Of a DNA stretch of 64,000 nucleotides, positions 44,992 through 55,687 are shown piece after piece (the stretch's first letter is position 1; each line of letters begins with the position of its first letter). The notes under the pieces are model-generated. The model was not told where the DNA came from. It worked only from the letters and a program-made list of their open reading frames with translations, and did not search any database. The translations under genes were made by a program, and so were the position numbers. Source of the stretch: an uncultured Nitrospinota bacterium (lineage in GTDB: Bacteria; Tectomicrobia; Entotheonellia; J063; CAVPRW01); the NCBI GenBank assembly GCA_963707985.1, contig CAVPRW010000031.1, forward strand, positions 352,001 to 416,000, in the 5' to 3' direction.

Positions 44992-45305
44992 TCAGCAGAT
45001 ACCCAGGATGCTTCGGCACCGTAATTCAATAGTCTGAGGGGAAGCCGTATGGCTTACCGTAGGTGTCCGCATGACTCCTGCCGCTAACCCTTCCAGACGG
45101 ATCTGGCATTCCCAGTCATCAATTACATTGTAGACATAGAGGAAGCACTCCCCACGGTGTAAACGCAGCGCGGCGAGCGGCACGTAGCGCGGATCGGTGT
45201 CAAAGCTGGGCCGCCGAGACGAGTGCCGTCGTATTCCTTGCCGTGTATCCGGAAACCATGCAGCTGCACATCGCTCCAAGCAAAGGTGATCTGCAGCACG
45301 TCATG
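44992..45305 (-). pseudogene. pRiA4b ORF-3-like protein fragment
   Basis: HDVLQITFAWSDVQLHGFRIHGKEY and FLYVYNVIDDWECQIRLE in two frames. Confidence 0.65.
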
Positions 45306-45381
45306 GAAGAATGCTTATCAGAGGAAAGGCGTGGATTCCACTTGCCGCTCCCCGGAATCTCCCGGTCTCCCTAAGGGCCGG

Positions 45382-46804
45382 TTAGAAATTGATGGCGATT
45401 TGCATGCCGGCGACCAAGGCATTGGCGATATGGCTCATGCCACTCGGCTGGATGATGTATTGCAGATCGGGCTGCAGCGTCAGCCACGGTGCGATCGCCA
45501 CCTCGTAGGTCCACTCCAGCACCATCTCGTAGTGCTGACCGCTGAGATACTTACTGAACTTCCCATAGGCGAGCCCAAATGCCGCTGTATCGTTGTCCCG
45601 CCCCGGGATAAGCCCCTGATACACGACGCCGGCTGAGAAAAACCATGGGAAGGTGTTGCGGTTCGACGGGGCGAAGGTCACCGCCGCGAACGGCGTCAGT
45701 CCCTGGGTGCTCTGCGAGCCGCCCTCACGGTAGACCATCTGGTCCACCAGCACATAGACGCCGTAGTTGCCGCGGATCTCCGCTTGAGCCGCGCTGGAGA
45801 GATCGGGATAGCCGTTGGAATCAAAATATGCGCCGACCTTATAATTGCCCGGAAGGCCGGTGGCGCCCTGGCCCTGATTATACAGGTAGCCGAGTTCCCC
45901 GATCACGAAGATGCCTGCCGAGCTGCGGATGCTGAAATCGATCCCATGGGCGCTGTTCTGCAGCCAGCGTCGGATCGCTGTAGTACAGGCCCGTCATGAC
46001 CGACCATGAGTCGACGGGCATGACCTTGGTGCGGAGGCCCCACGTCGCCACGGGATAGACCGAGAAGGACGGGATGTTGATCGGCACGCTGCCCGGGTTG
46101 CCATCGAAGGCGAAGTTGACGAAGGCGGTGTACAGCGGCGATGCGAGAAAATCGTCGCCGGCGCCGATGCGACCCACGCGGATGTCCAAGCGGTCGTCCA
46201 ACAGGGATGGCCACTCCAACGCTATCGCATAGAGCCACGCCGTCTCGCCGCCAAAGATCTGGGAGACGGTGAACGTGTTGCCGATGTCCTTCGCAGACAA
46301 ATTTTCCCCGGAACGCCATGACCCGGAGACGTCGAACCGCATGCCTTTCAGGCTCCACAATTTCTCGAGATCAACCTGGATGTCGACGGCCGTATCCCCA
46401 GCATATCGGAACCCCTGTGTGTTGCCGCCGACCGGATTGCCGAGGAGATCGGTGGTATAGGTCGCCGTCAGCGTCACCCCCGCGCTCTCAAGCTCGTTGC
46501 GCAGGCCTCCCCAATTTCCAGTCAAGTATTTCTGCTGGAGCGCGACATCGACAAAGCGCTGGAACTTTCGCAGCACCGGGTAGCGATGTGGTGATGGCCC
46601 AGAGTCGACCGCCGCAGCTGGCAGCGGGACAGAAACCGACAACAAGGCAAGAACGAAGATGACATGTACTGTTGCTACGGCGGCACGAAGGCGGTCAGGT
46701 AGCACACCGGCGTGAGGACCTTGCCCCTGTGGAGCATCAGCGTTTATATGCGGCTCTGGAGGCGAGAGGATTATCGCTGTCATCCTGGAAACCTCGTATT
46801 TCAA
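45382..46804 (-). CDS. oprB: OprB-family carbohydrate porin (frameshift near 45950)
   Basis: LTGNWGGLR, GNPVGG, YPVATWG, LQPDLQYIIQP, terminal Phe. Confidence 0.85.
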
Positions 46805-46916
46805 TACGGGGTTGCCTGGTCAATTCGATTTTCATGTGTCAGCAGGCCTGCAAATGAACAAATGAACATTTGCCACAGAGCCCCTTGGAGACGCTCGACA
46901 CGCAACGTCCCTTCAA

Positions 46917-47568
46917 CTATGGGAGAACGTTGATGGCGTGTGACACGATGATGACCAGCGTCAAGAGCGAGATCGTGCTTTCGAGCATCATCAACATCTT
47001 GGCGCGACGCGTCAGCGGCAAGGCATCGGTAGGACTGAATGCCGTGGCCGTGTTGTATCCAAGAAAGAGATAATCGAGGAACAATGGCCGCCAGTCGGGC
47101 GGCACTTCCTCGGGTGTTGCCGCTTGCGGAAAGAGCCAATCCGGCTTGTACGCTCAACTTGCTCGCCCGAGCGTACGGGCCGCCCCGATCGATTTGCCAG
47201 TATAACATCGAGAAGGTCAGAACGTTGGCCACCCAAATCGCCACGGATGAAGAAAGCAGCGAGAAGACGTTGCTTTTCGACGGGTGGAGCGTGATGACGC
47301 CGATCATATCCACCAGCTCCACGATGGTGTTGGCAATATAGGCCACGGCCAGGAGAATGATCAGCATGCGCTCGATGCGCTGCCACAGTGTGTTCGCCGG
47401 CGTGAGCGTGACGGCAGCCATGACCACAAGCAACGCGAGCACGGCCACGTGGAAAACCCACACCGGCATCACCTGTACATGGTGGGGTAACACTACCAGC
47501 AAGAAGAGCACGACGAGTATTGCGAGCGCGGGGGTCCAGCGCGGCTCGGCTTTGATCCTTGACTCCAT
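46917..47568 (-). CDS. DUF1345-like membrane protein (frameshift near 47140)
   Basis: EPRW, FSMLYWQIDRGG, WRPLFLDYLFL, TAFSPTD. Confidence 0.75.
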
Positions 47569-47739
47569 TTCATGCATGCCTTTCATACCAGTGAAGCGTT
47601 GAACACTTGTCAATCGGACCTTAGTGGTCTGTTTCACAAATAACTCAAGGGTTAGCAACCAGAGTGCATGTAGTATGCGATGAAGGCGGCAAGGCCTTCT
47701 TCACTCATCACTTTTTCACATCGCATCCTCCTTTGGCAG

Positions 47740-48990
47740 CTACCCGCCCCGACCGTTCAGAACTCCCTTGGCGGAAGAATCTTCGAGCATGCGTGGGGCG
47801 AAGTGCTGGGTCAGCACCGGGCCCAGAGTGGCAGTGGTCAGCATCAGCGCGAGCACCACATCGAGCATGCGGCGATCGATCAGGCGTTGGCCCCCAGGGT
47901 CGTAGGTATGAAAGGCGACGAGCGTGGCTGCGAGCGTCGTAGCCACCTGCGGCAAGGTGAGCGACCACTTGGTCAGACGCGCGGCTGACGTGTACTTGAA
48001 GGCGCGACCAGCCAGTTCAGCGGCCAGCCACTTGCCGGAGACGAGCGCGACGATGAGCGCTGCCAGAAGGGCGAAATTGTCGTGTATGCTTTGTGCAAAT
48101 GCGATCGGATCGATCAAGAAGCCTGTCACCACAAAGAAGATCGGGATGAAAAAAGCCTTGCCGAAGAACTCCAACTTTTCCTTGGCCGGCTTGTCGTGAA
48201 CCGCTGCGTTGACCGCCACTCCGGCGAGGAACGCGCCGACGATGTCTGGGAGGTTGATGGTTCGAGCGAGGACGCCCGCCGCCGCCATCATCCCAAACAT
48301 GAGGATGAAATAGGCGTCCTCCTCACCCTCCGCCTTCTGGAGCGCGTAGGCGCCGACGCGACTCAGGCCAAACAGGATGAGTGGGACAAAAATAGCGATC
48401 TCAATAAGTTGCACCGCGAGCTCGAACATCGAAAAATGGCGCTCATACGTCGACACACAGATGGCAAACACGACCAGAGACAGCGTGTCGGATAGAAGCG
48501 TCGCGCCGATGGTGACGGTGACCGGCTCGAGTCGATTCGCGCCAAGCTCAGCCACGATCCGAGACCCGAGGAGTGTATGCGACGCGAGCAGTGATCCCAC
48601 GACGATCGCCGCGATGAGTCCATAGCCGAATAAGAGCCCAACAGCCGTGCCCAGCAGGAGAGGGAACCCAGTGGTCATGAGACCGAAGGTGATGGACCTC
48701 CTCTGCACCTGCCGAAAGTGCGCCAGGTCGATCTCCAGGCCGGCGACAAACATCGACAGCAGCTTTCCCAGGTCTGCCAAGAACTCCGCAATCGGCCGCT
48801 GTTCCCCAAATATGCCAAGGACATGGGGCCCGACGACGACCCCGCTGAGCAACAATCCCACGACGGCCGGGAGCCGGATACGGCGCGAGAGTGGTGGGAT
48901 GCCAAAAATCATCACCATGCCCAGGGCAAACTTCGCCAGCGGTGGCAGCGAGACAGCTGCGGATCGAAGGAATTCAAACGCGCCCATCAT
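47740..48990 (-). CDS. Cation:proton antiporter (CPA2)
   Basis: VVGPHVLG, FVAGLEID, ASHTL, GAFLAG, FFIPIFF. Confidence 0.9.
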   Translation of the reverse strand: MMGAFEFLRSAAVSLPPLAKFALGMVMIFGIPPLSRRIRLPAVVGLLLSGVVVGPHVLGIFGEQRPIAEFLADLGKLLSMFVAGLEIDLAHFRQVQRRSITFGLMTTGFPLLLGTAVGLLFGYGLIAAIVVGSLLASHTLLGSRIVAELGANRLEPVTVTIGATLLSDTLSLVVFAICVSTYERHFSMFELAVQLIEIAIFVPLILFGLSRVGAYALQKAEGEEDAYFILMFGMMAAAGVLARTINLPDIVGAFLAGVAVNAAVHDKPAKEKLEFFGKAFFIPIFFVVTGFLIDPIAFAQSIHDNFALLAALIVALVSGKWLAAELAGRAFKYTSAARLTKWSLTLPQVATTLAATLVAFHTYDPGGQRLIDRRMLDVVLALMLTTATLGPVLTQHFAPRMLEDSSAKGVLNGRGG

Positions 48991-49084
48991 CTCTTCCTTC
49001 CTTTGAGGAGATTTGGTCCGCCGTGCGCTCACCACTGTTCTTCGGCAAGGTGTCCTCGGCATGGGACTGCGCGAGAAGCTTCTC

Positions 49085-49200
49085 CTCCTCGTCGTTTCTC
49101 CGGAATCGGAGCGTGCTCGTGGGCAGGCCCAGGCGGGCTGCGGCGTGTCCTGCTCCCTTGATGCGCCTCGGGCAGGCTTCGAGGATGGACAGGATATTGG
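49085..49200 (-). pseudogene. Fis-type HTH remnant of a sigma54 activator
   Basis: ILSILEACPRRIKGAGHAAARLGLPTSTLR. Confidence 0.55.
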
Positions 49201-49226
49201 CGCAGGGGATAACCCCGAACACCATG

Positions 49227-49529
49227 TTATGACTGGGCTGTGATGGCTTCAGATGGGACATAGCGCAAGACGAGCAGAACTTCAACGGGGACCGTCGCGA
49301 GGGCATACCCGCGTCCATGGGCGTCGCTAAATTCGATCAGGCACGCCGACGGGGCCGCATCTCGAGGATAGGCCTCGACCACGGTGCCTACGGCACCGAC
49401 CTCGAGACCGGTGGAGAGATCATAGCGCTCGTCGGTCAGGTGCAGCGCCTCGGGAGGCAGCGATTGCAATAATGCCACGACGTCAAATAGTTTGGGATAT
49501 TGCGCTAGTGCCGGCACTTTTCCTAGCAT
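49227..49529 (-). CDS. DUF4926-like protein (putative antitoxin/immunity); upstream partner decayed
   Basis: LFDVVALL...GAVGTVVE...IEFSDAHGRGYA. Confidence 0.7.
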   Translation of the reverse strand: MLGKVPALAQYPKLFDVVALLQSLPPEALHLTDERYDLSTGLEVGAVGTVVEAYPRDAAPSACLIEFSDAHGRGYALATVPVEVLLVLRYVPSEAITAQS

Positions 49530-49813
49530 AGCGGTGCGAACATAGAGCGTCAAGCGGTAGATCGGTGAGTCCCGCGCGCTGGCTCGACAGGCTCCAGGCG
49601 GTCTCACCATGCCTGGGCAGGTATGTGACCGGAAGTCCTTCGCTCATGTAGCTGCTCTTCTCGGAATACTAACTTGACGACATTGCACGGCATTATGGCC
49701 GACCTGGGCGTGCAACACGAATACGATGCCGAGTGAGCACGTTCCCGCTCGGCTGTGTCGTCAGGTGCACGCCCATGCCCGATGACCCTTGCCCGACGCA
49801 TGGGGAGCAGCAC

Positions 49814-50347
49814 TTAGGCCCGGACGCGGAATGCCCAAATAATAAGTCCCACGCCCTCCACGAGCAGGAGCACGCCGAAGATGAGCGGTACCGCCAGCGC
49901 TGCCGCTACCGGAGAGCTGAGCAGCAGCAACCCGACCAGCACGTTGATCACGCCCAGGATAAACGACCCGACCCCAGCACCCTTTATTCCGGCGATGATT
50001 TCGAGCACCCCCATGACCAGCCCCAGCACGCCGAGGATGATGACGAGCGCCGTAGGCACAGTCAACGCGGCGAGCAGCGGGTGTCTCAGGACAAAGATTC
50101 CGGCCAGGATCCCCACGATCCCGATGAGGAGCGACCAGATCCACGGGACGGAGCGATCCACGAAGACCCGTACCAGCTCTAGCACCCCCATGATGAGCCA
50201 GTAGAAGCCTAGGAAGGTGGTCAGCGCAAGTAGCGTCGCGCCGGGCGCGGTGAGAAGCATCACGCCCAGAAGGATTCCGGCAATTCCCTGAAGCAGAAAG
50301 ACCCACCAGATGCTCGCTTGTTGGGTCGGTGCATCTGCCGTAGTCAT
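49814..50347 (-). CDS. HdeD/DUF308 family membrane protein
   Basis: WWVFLLQGIAGILLG, repeated Gly-rich TM hairpins. Confidence 0.85.
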   Translation of the reverse strand: MTTADAPTQQASIWWVFLLQGIAGILLGVMLLTAPGATLLALTTFLGFYWLIMGVLELVRVFVDRSVPWIWSLLIGIVGILAGIFVLRHPLLAALTVPTALVIILGVLGLVMGVLEIIAGIKGAGVGSFILGVINVLVGLLLLSSPVAAALAVPLIFGVLLLVEGVGLIIWAFRVRA

Positions 50348-50390
50348 GATGTCGACCTCCTTATCTAGAAGCCATCATTTGGAACGATCC

Positions 50391-50789
50391 TCAAGGTGAG
50401 AGGGGTGACCACCAGCCCTCCCCTCCCCACGATTCCCACGCACCCCAGTCGGCATTCAATTCTGCAGCGTTCAATTGCTCCTGGGCCAATTGGTTCTGCT
50501 CGCGGAGCTGCTGATACCGTTGGTACTGGGCGTTCTGGCCTACGTAGAGCACGTTCTGGGTCACGTCCGGGTACACAAAATACTCCTTTCCGTCCCGCTG
50601 GACCATCGTGACTTTGTAGGCTGGTATGGCCTTGAGCCGGGACTGCAGTTCGGGAGTGGTGGCTGGCACGATTTTGAAGCCCGCCGCCGACAATAGGTCC
50701 TCCGTTCGCATGGTCGTTGCGCAGCCAACCACCAAGGCCAAGAGACTCGCGCCGCCGATCATACTTAACAAGGCTGCCACTTTTTTCAT
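50391..50789 (-). CDS. Hypothetical lipoprotein
   Basis: VVGC lipobox, LSAAGF, YFVYPD, LYVG. Confidence 0.65.
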   Translation of the reverse strand: MKKVAALLSMIGGASLLALVVGCATTMRTEDLLSAAGFKIVPATTPELQSRLKAIPAYKVTMVQRDGKEYFVYPDVTQNVLYVGQNAQYQRYQQLREQNQLAQEQLNAAELNADWGAWESWGGEGWWSPLSP

Positions 50790-50949
50790 GGTTTTTGTTC
50801 CTCTTTCTCTGCGGTGACCGAAGGCATAAGCCTCAAGCTGTTCCGACCCTTTGTATGCGCTGTGCCGGTTGATGGTGAACGTCAGCCAGCCTAAGTGGTC
50901 AACCGATTGTACCATGATAGTCCTCAAGGTGTCGTCAAACGCGAAACAA

Positions 50950-51197
50950 TCGCTGCTTGCTGCCAGTGCAAGTGGGCATCACGGGGCGGGCTGTGCTGGA
51001 TGGCGAGGAGATGGGGGAAGCGCAGCGAGACACGGCTAGCGCCACGGTGATCGCCCTGGTAGGGGTCACATTGCTTGACTTCGGCTTGTTCAAAAGCGTC
51101 GTCCGGCCGCTGCTGGCACTGGCAGCGCTAGGCATTGTGCTCTGCTGGTCGTGAGGGTTGACCACGCTTACCATCGGCCACCTCAACATCTTGACCG
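50950..51197 (+). pseudogene. MMPL/HpnN-like RND transporter fragment
   Basis: VGITG...EE...RPLLAL...W*GLTTLTIGHLNIL with an internal stop. Confidence 0.55.
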
Positions 51198-51421
51198 GGG
51201 AAGCCTGATGATCACCTGCCCATGACGTCCTTGCAGGAGGCCGGCGGGCGAGCATACGACTATGCGGAGGTGGTGGCTGCTCTCACACGGGGGATAGCGG
51301 AGACTTGGCAGGTGGATATACTTCCAGGCCAGCTTACGGCGGCTTCAAGACAACTGAGCGCTCACCTACGTACGACGAAATATCACTCAGAAGTCTGGAC
51401 CTGGCGTTATTAGTCGCCTCC
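51198..51421 (+). repeat. Direct repeat copy 2 (orphan 3' end of lipM-like gene)
   Basis: ORF 51222-51413 matches the last 63 aa of the 27403-28245 protein with 4 substitutions. Confidence 0.95.
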
Positions 51422-51613
51422 GGCTCGTGGGTAGGCCCCTCCCAGCTCGGCGCTCGTCGACGTTGTGATGGATAGGCATCAGCCGCTCTCCTGGTCCTCT
51501 TCGGCAGCATGCAGCAACGTTTCGGCGGCGGGGAAGGATATCATGTGTTAGTCCACATGGTGCAGCAGGTGAGGCAGGGTTCTGTGGACACAAACAGTCC
51601 TTGCGTGCTGTTG

Positions 51614-51847
51614 TCATTTACACGCATCACGAACGTTCGCTCGTGCCCGTGCCAAGAGTTCAGCATAATTGGATTGCAACGGTGCTACAAGGGTCTTCTC
51701 CAACATTGCTTCCAGGTCAAATAGTACACGCTCCTCGGCTTGATCCGCAAAGTCCGCACTGTCCCGCTGATTGAAGCGGGCCAGCCAATCGTACAACACC
51801 AGCGCTTCGTCGTTCGTTAATTCGAGTTTGACTCGCTTTGACTGCAT
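51614..51847 (-). CDS. Small acidic helical protein, putative immunity protein
   Basis: 77 aa, LTNDEALVLYDWL...AEERVLFDLEAMLE. Strong SD, 33 bp downstream of the toxin-like gene. Confidence 0.65.
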   Translation of the reverse strand: MQSKRVKLELTNDEALVLYDWLARFNQRDSADFADQAEERVLFDLEAMLEKTLVAPLQSNYAELLARARANVRDACK

Positions 51848-51880
51848 TGTACTCCCCTTAGCAAAGCGCTTGACCGTCAG

Positions 51881-52198
51881 TTATAGGCTGCCACGTGCCA
51901 GCACGTTGGCCAGTTGATCCGTTGTAAGGTGCCATCCTGACACGAAGGCCCCATCAGCCCCACGCATAACATGCAAGCCCGTTTGGGGATTCACAAAGTG
52001 TGTCACTGGTTCTCCACGATATGTCCCCTGTATCACCACCGTCATCTGGTCCTCGATGTGCGCGCGTAATGCCTGTTCAAACCGAGTCGCCCCCGCGCGG
52101 CTGTACGGGCCCGTCACACCAAAATCCGCTGCATGTTTGAACTTGCTCTGCAGCTGTCGGGTAGAAAAGGCGATCGTTCGCTGGCCTGGTGTGTTCAC
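51881..52198 (-). CDS. Stand-alone colicin D-like tRNase domain
   Basis: QLQSKFKHAADFGV, GTYRG, FVSGWHL...Q motifs match the colicin D C-terminal nuclease. Confidence 0.8.
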   Translation of the reverse strand: MNTPGQRTIAFSTRQLQSKFKHAADFGVTGPYSRAGATRFEQALRAHIEDQMTVVIQGTYRGEPVTHFVNPQTGLHVMRGADGAFVSGWHLTTDQLANVLARGSL

Positions 52199-52567
52199 AG
52201 CTGTCTACTCTTTTCCTCGCTCTATCGTCCATACGTAATAGACTGCAAGCGCTCTCCCCGTAGCGGTTTCCATCAAGGCTACCCCTTGCACAGCCAAGGC
52301 ATTGCACGACAGCAAATGTGCGATAGAATGTAAAGAAATGCAAGTGGATGATGCTTTGGGGAGTCACGCATGCGGCCCGATGTGGTGGGTTCAGATCGCT
52401 TTCCGCTTGGGCGAAGCAGACCTCCCTGCCCACCTTTCGGCAGTCTGGTTCACAACCGGATCGTTAGCCCCAGGATCGGCCCATGCAGGATCACATCCCA
52501 GCGGAAGAAATCCCCTCCGTCTCCTGCAGCAGGGCCAGCGCCGCAGGATCGTATGGCGCGGCATGCC

Positions 52568-53192
52568 CTAGCTGTCTCGTGTAGGCCAGGACGACCTGCA
52601 GGCCCCTACCGAGGCCGTCGGCGTACTTCCAGTCGCCTTCCTGCTTCTCCCAGGCGATGTGCGCCGAACCCGGACCGCGATGGGTCTCGTATGCGACGTT
52701 GATCTCCGACCACTAGGTTGCGAAGCGATTCGTCTCCGCATCGTAGTGCTTGCGCACATCGGTCGAGTGACACTCCGCGCGCATGAAGTGCCAGTTCTGG
52801 TCCATGCCAGTCTAGTGCAGACGGTCGCCGGCCGTGATGGTCTGGTCGGGGTCGAGGTGGGACCAGCACTATCCGCCGCCATCCTTGGGGCGCCTGTCCC
52901 AGGCGCTCGTGACCGCCTGGAGGCGCCCATGCGGGAACTCGATCAGGTATTGCTGCAGGGGTGTAGCCCCGAAGGTATACTTGATTTCGTAATCATAGAG
53001 ATATCGTCTGGCTCGTCGGTGTTGGTGCGGACCGTGTCCGGTGGTGCGCGTGCCCGGCGAGGCGAAGACGTTGGTCCACGCATCGAGCATCGGCATCAGG
53101 TAATAGCGACCGTGCGTGTCCGGCACCGACAGGACCATCGGCTCCTTCGACAGGTCGAGCCATGCCCACATATAGAGCGTGTCGATGTTCAT
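52568..53192 (-). pseudogene. Chimeric remnants: DUF1254 fragment joined to a multiheme cytochrome/TPR fragment
   Basis: NIDTLY..AWLDL..EP...[13 protein letters not shown], then [20 protein letters not shown] and decayed heme motifs. Confidence 0.65.
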
Positions 53193-53399
53193 GCGTACGA
53201 CTGCATAAGGTCAGCTGAGCCAGCCAGATATGCAACGGAAATTGGGTCTGTGACATTCTCGGTGAAGAGAAAAGACGCTGGCTTTCACATGGTTACCGAT
53301 GACTCCCGTTAGGTGATGCCATGCAGATAATACCACACCCTCTCTTCACCAAGAATGGCACAGACCCCGGAAATTTTGGCGAGGTTTGCCCCTCTGCTC

Positions 53400-54166
53400 T
53401 CAGAAGAAGACGCCGATACGGACCTCCAGCTTGAAATTATACAGATCATAATCTTTGACGATGGGAGCGCTGACCTCCAGCGAGGTGACGAGCGTTGGCG
53501 TCACCAGCTTGCCCACCATCATATCCAGCGGCAAAAACAGCTTGTCGTGGTCCAGAAAATTGATCCGGATATCCGGACTCGGATAGAGCGTCACAAACCA
53601 TGACTGGGGGAGGTTGATGTTCACCTGCGGCTGGAGCTGCAGCACGCTGATGTGGGGACGGCCTGCATCGCCAGCGTAATCGAAGGCATAGCGGATGAGC
53701 CCGGCCACGAAGCTCCCTGGGCTGAAGTCGTGCAGGGAGTAGCGATAGGCGACAGTTGGTTCCAGCTGGTAGCGGCCGGTCCCGAATTGATCCTGGCTCG
53801 CCGTCGGAAATTCGAACCGTGCGCCAAGGGCGGCGGCATGCCACTGGTCGAAATGCTTGACCATCAAGCCCTGCACCAAGAGATCGCCTGTGCCCAGCGT
53901 CCAGGCGCCGTTGGGGTTGTCGGCACTGGAGACATCGGTATAGACGAAGGGCTATCCAGGCGATTGGCCCGTTGCCAGCCATGGCCTAGCACAAGGCGGT
54001 GATCGACGCGCGGGGTGAAGATGTGCTCGTCACGGTTTCCTGAGAGGGCTTCGTACTCGTAGCGAAAATCGAAGCGCGTCAGCGGCCGTGTCGGGTCCTG
54101 CCCGTTGTTCACGGCTTCCGAATCCGTCGCCGGCGCAGTGGTCCGCTCCCCAGCCCAGCAGGCCAT
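53400..54166 (-). CDS. Putative outer-membrane beta-barrel/transporter (frameshifted, 5' end damaged)
   Basis: NNGQDPTRP, FPTASQDQFGTG, terminal VFF. Confidence 0.6.
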
Positions 54167-54255
54167 CGGCCATCGCGAGCCCCAGCCCCATCTCCAGGAC
54201 TACGACCGGCAGTCGAAACCCCCGAGGTATCTCCGCCAACCGCCGCGTCCAGGCG

Positions 54256-54966
54256 TCAAGTGGATTTTGGATCCGGCGGCTGCAGCGCCTCAGCCAGCCT
54301 CAGCCCCACCAATTGCGCCACGATCACCGCGATGTAGAATTGTCCGAACACGGCCTCGATCAATGTGAGCGATGTCGCGGGAGGCCTGATGGGCGTGATG
54401 TCGCCATAGCCCAGGGTGGTCAGCGTCATGAGGCTGTAGTAATCGAACACCGCTTGCCGCGCATACCAACCGCCCAGCTGTCCGGCAATGGCCTCCTGCA
54501 CGCTGAAAGAGCCGGGGACGAGCAGCTCGACGAGCAGGTAGAGGCTTCCCCAGGCGATGCCGGCCAGCAGATAGCCGCAGACGGCGCCAAGGACGTCGTC
54601 ACCCCCGACCACTTTGCGCTCGAAAATGCGACGCAGGATCACCGTCACCGCGAAGCCAAGGAACGCGACCAGGAAGGCATGATGGATCACCGCCAGGGCT
54701 GGCTCGAACCTCTCTGGCACGGTGTAATGCGCCCAGTTACTGGCCATGACCGGCAAGCCGATCAGCAGGAACACGAGGCGCACGTGCCGGCGCTGGAAGA
54801 CGATGAAGAGGACGGTGACCACGAGCAGATTGCGCAACACTTCGGAGATCATCAAACCGGCCAGGAACCCATGTGCCAACGGTTGCACGACGATCGTGGA
54901 AGCCACGGCCAGCAACAACACCAGGTATTTTCGCTCTCTCAGTCTGTTCAAGAAGGCGTTCTTCAT
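54256..54966 (-). CDS. Potassium channel family protein, copy 2
   Basis: TLTTLGYGD filter, collinear with 33277-33987. Confidence 0.88.
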   Translation of the reverse strand: MKNAFLNRLRERKYLVLLLAVASTIVVQPLAHGFLAGLMISEVLRNLLVVTVLFIVFQRRHVRLVFLLIGLPVMASNWAHYTVPERFEPALAVIHHAFLVAFLGFAVTVILRRIFERKVVGGDDVLGAVCGYLLAGIAWGSLYLLVELLVPGSFSVQEAIAGQLGGWYARQAVFDYYSLMTLTTLGYGDITPIRPPATSLTLIEAVFGQFYIAVIVAQLVGLRLAEALQPPDPKST

Positions 54967-55174
54967 CGACTGCCCCTCGTGCCAGAACCCTGTCCGCTGC
55001 TGTGCATTCGCGACTGGACCGTGGTGCCCCGACGATTGGAGGAAAGGACCCGAAGCAGATCGCCTCGACCTTCTGGCGCCAGGGCAGGCCTCCGAGACCG
55101 TCTCGTGTGTGATTCTGCAGCAGTTTGCAAAACGGCAACCGGCAATGCCGCTGAAGGGGGATTCATGGAAGGGC

Positions 55175-55501
55175 CTACACCAGGAGTCGCTGAAAACCTT
55201 CCTGCTCAAAGTGGCGATCCGTTGTCAACGCTTCCGTGAGGCGCCGCTGACGCATCCGGACAAAGCTCACCGCCTCACACAGCGAGTATGGTTTGTCTTG
55301 TCGCGCTATGAGGAGTGCCAGCGCTTCGCGGTGGAGAGCCTCATCAACCCAGACGGTTGCGATATCAGGATTCGCTACGAGATCTATGACAAAGGTAAGG
55401 GCGGCCCCACGGGGTAGACGCCGTGCACTGGCCAGCGCGATACACTCTGCCAATGCATTGCTGTGGGGAAGTTGGAGAGTGGCTTCGATTTGGAGACTCA
55501 C
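55175..55501 (-). pseudogene. PIN-domain (VapC) toxin lacking its N-terminus
   Basis: LAECIAL, DKPYSLCEAVSF, ALTTDRHFEQEGF. The first catalytic Asp region is absent. Confidence 0.75.
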
Positions 55502-55687
55502 ATCACATCGCTCGCCACATCGAAACGACTGCTCTCGCCTTCACGCCCTGCCTCCTCTCTCGTTGCCTTCATGGTGAACGGCCTTCGACATCTCGCTCCC
55601 CAGTTCTCCTTAATGCATGCTCAGGAGACCTCTTTGGGCATGCAGGGCCTTCCATGCGACCCCGTATGGTTGAAATAATGTGCCGAG

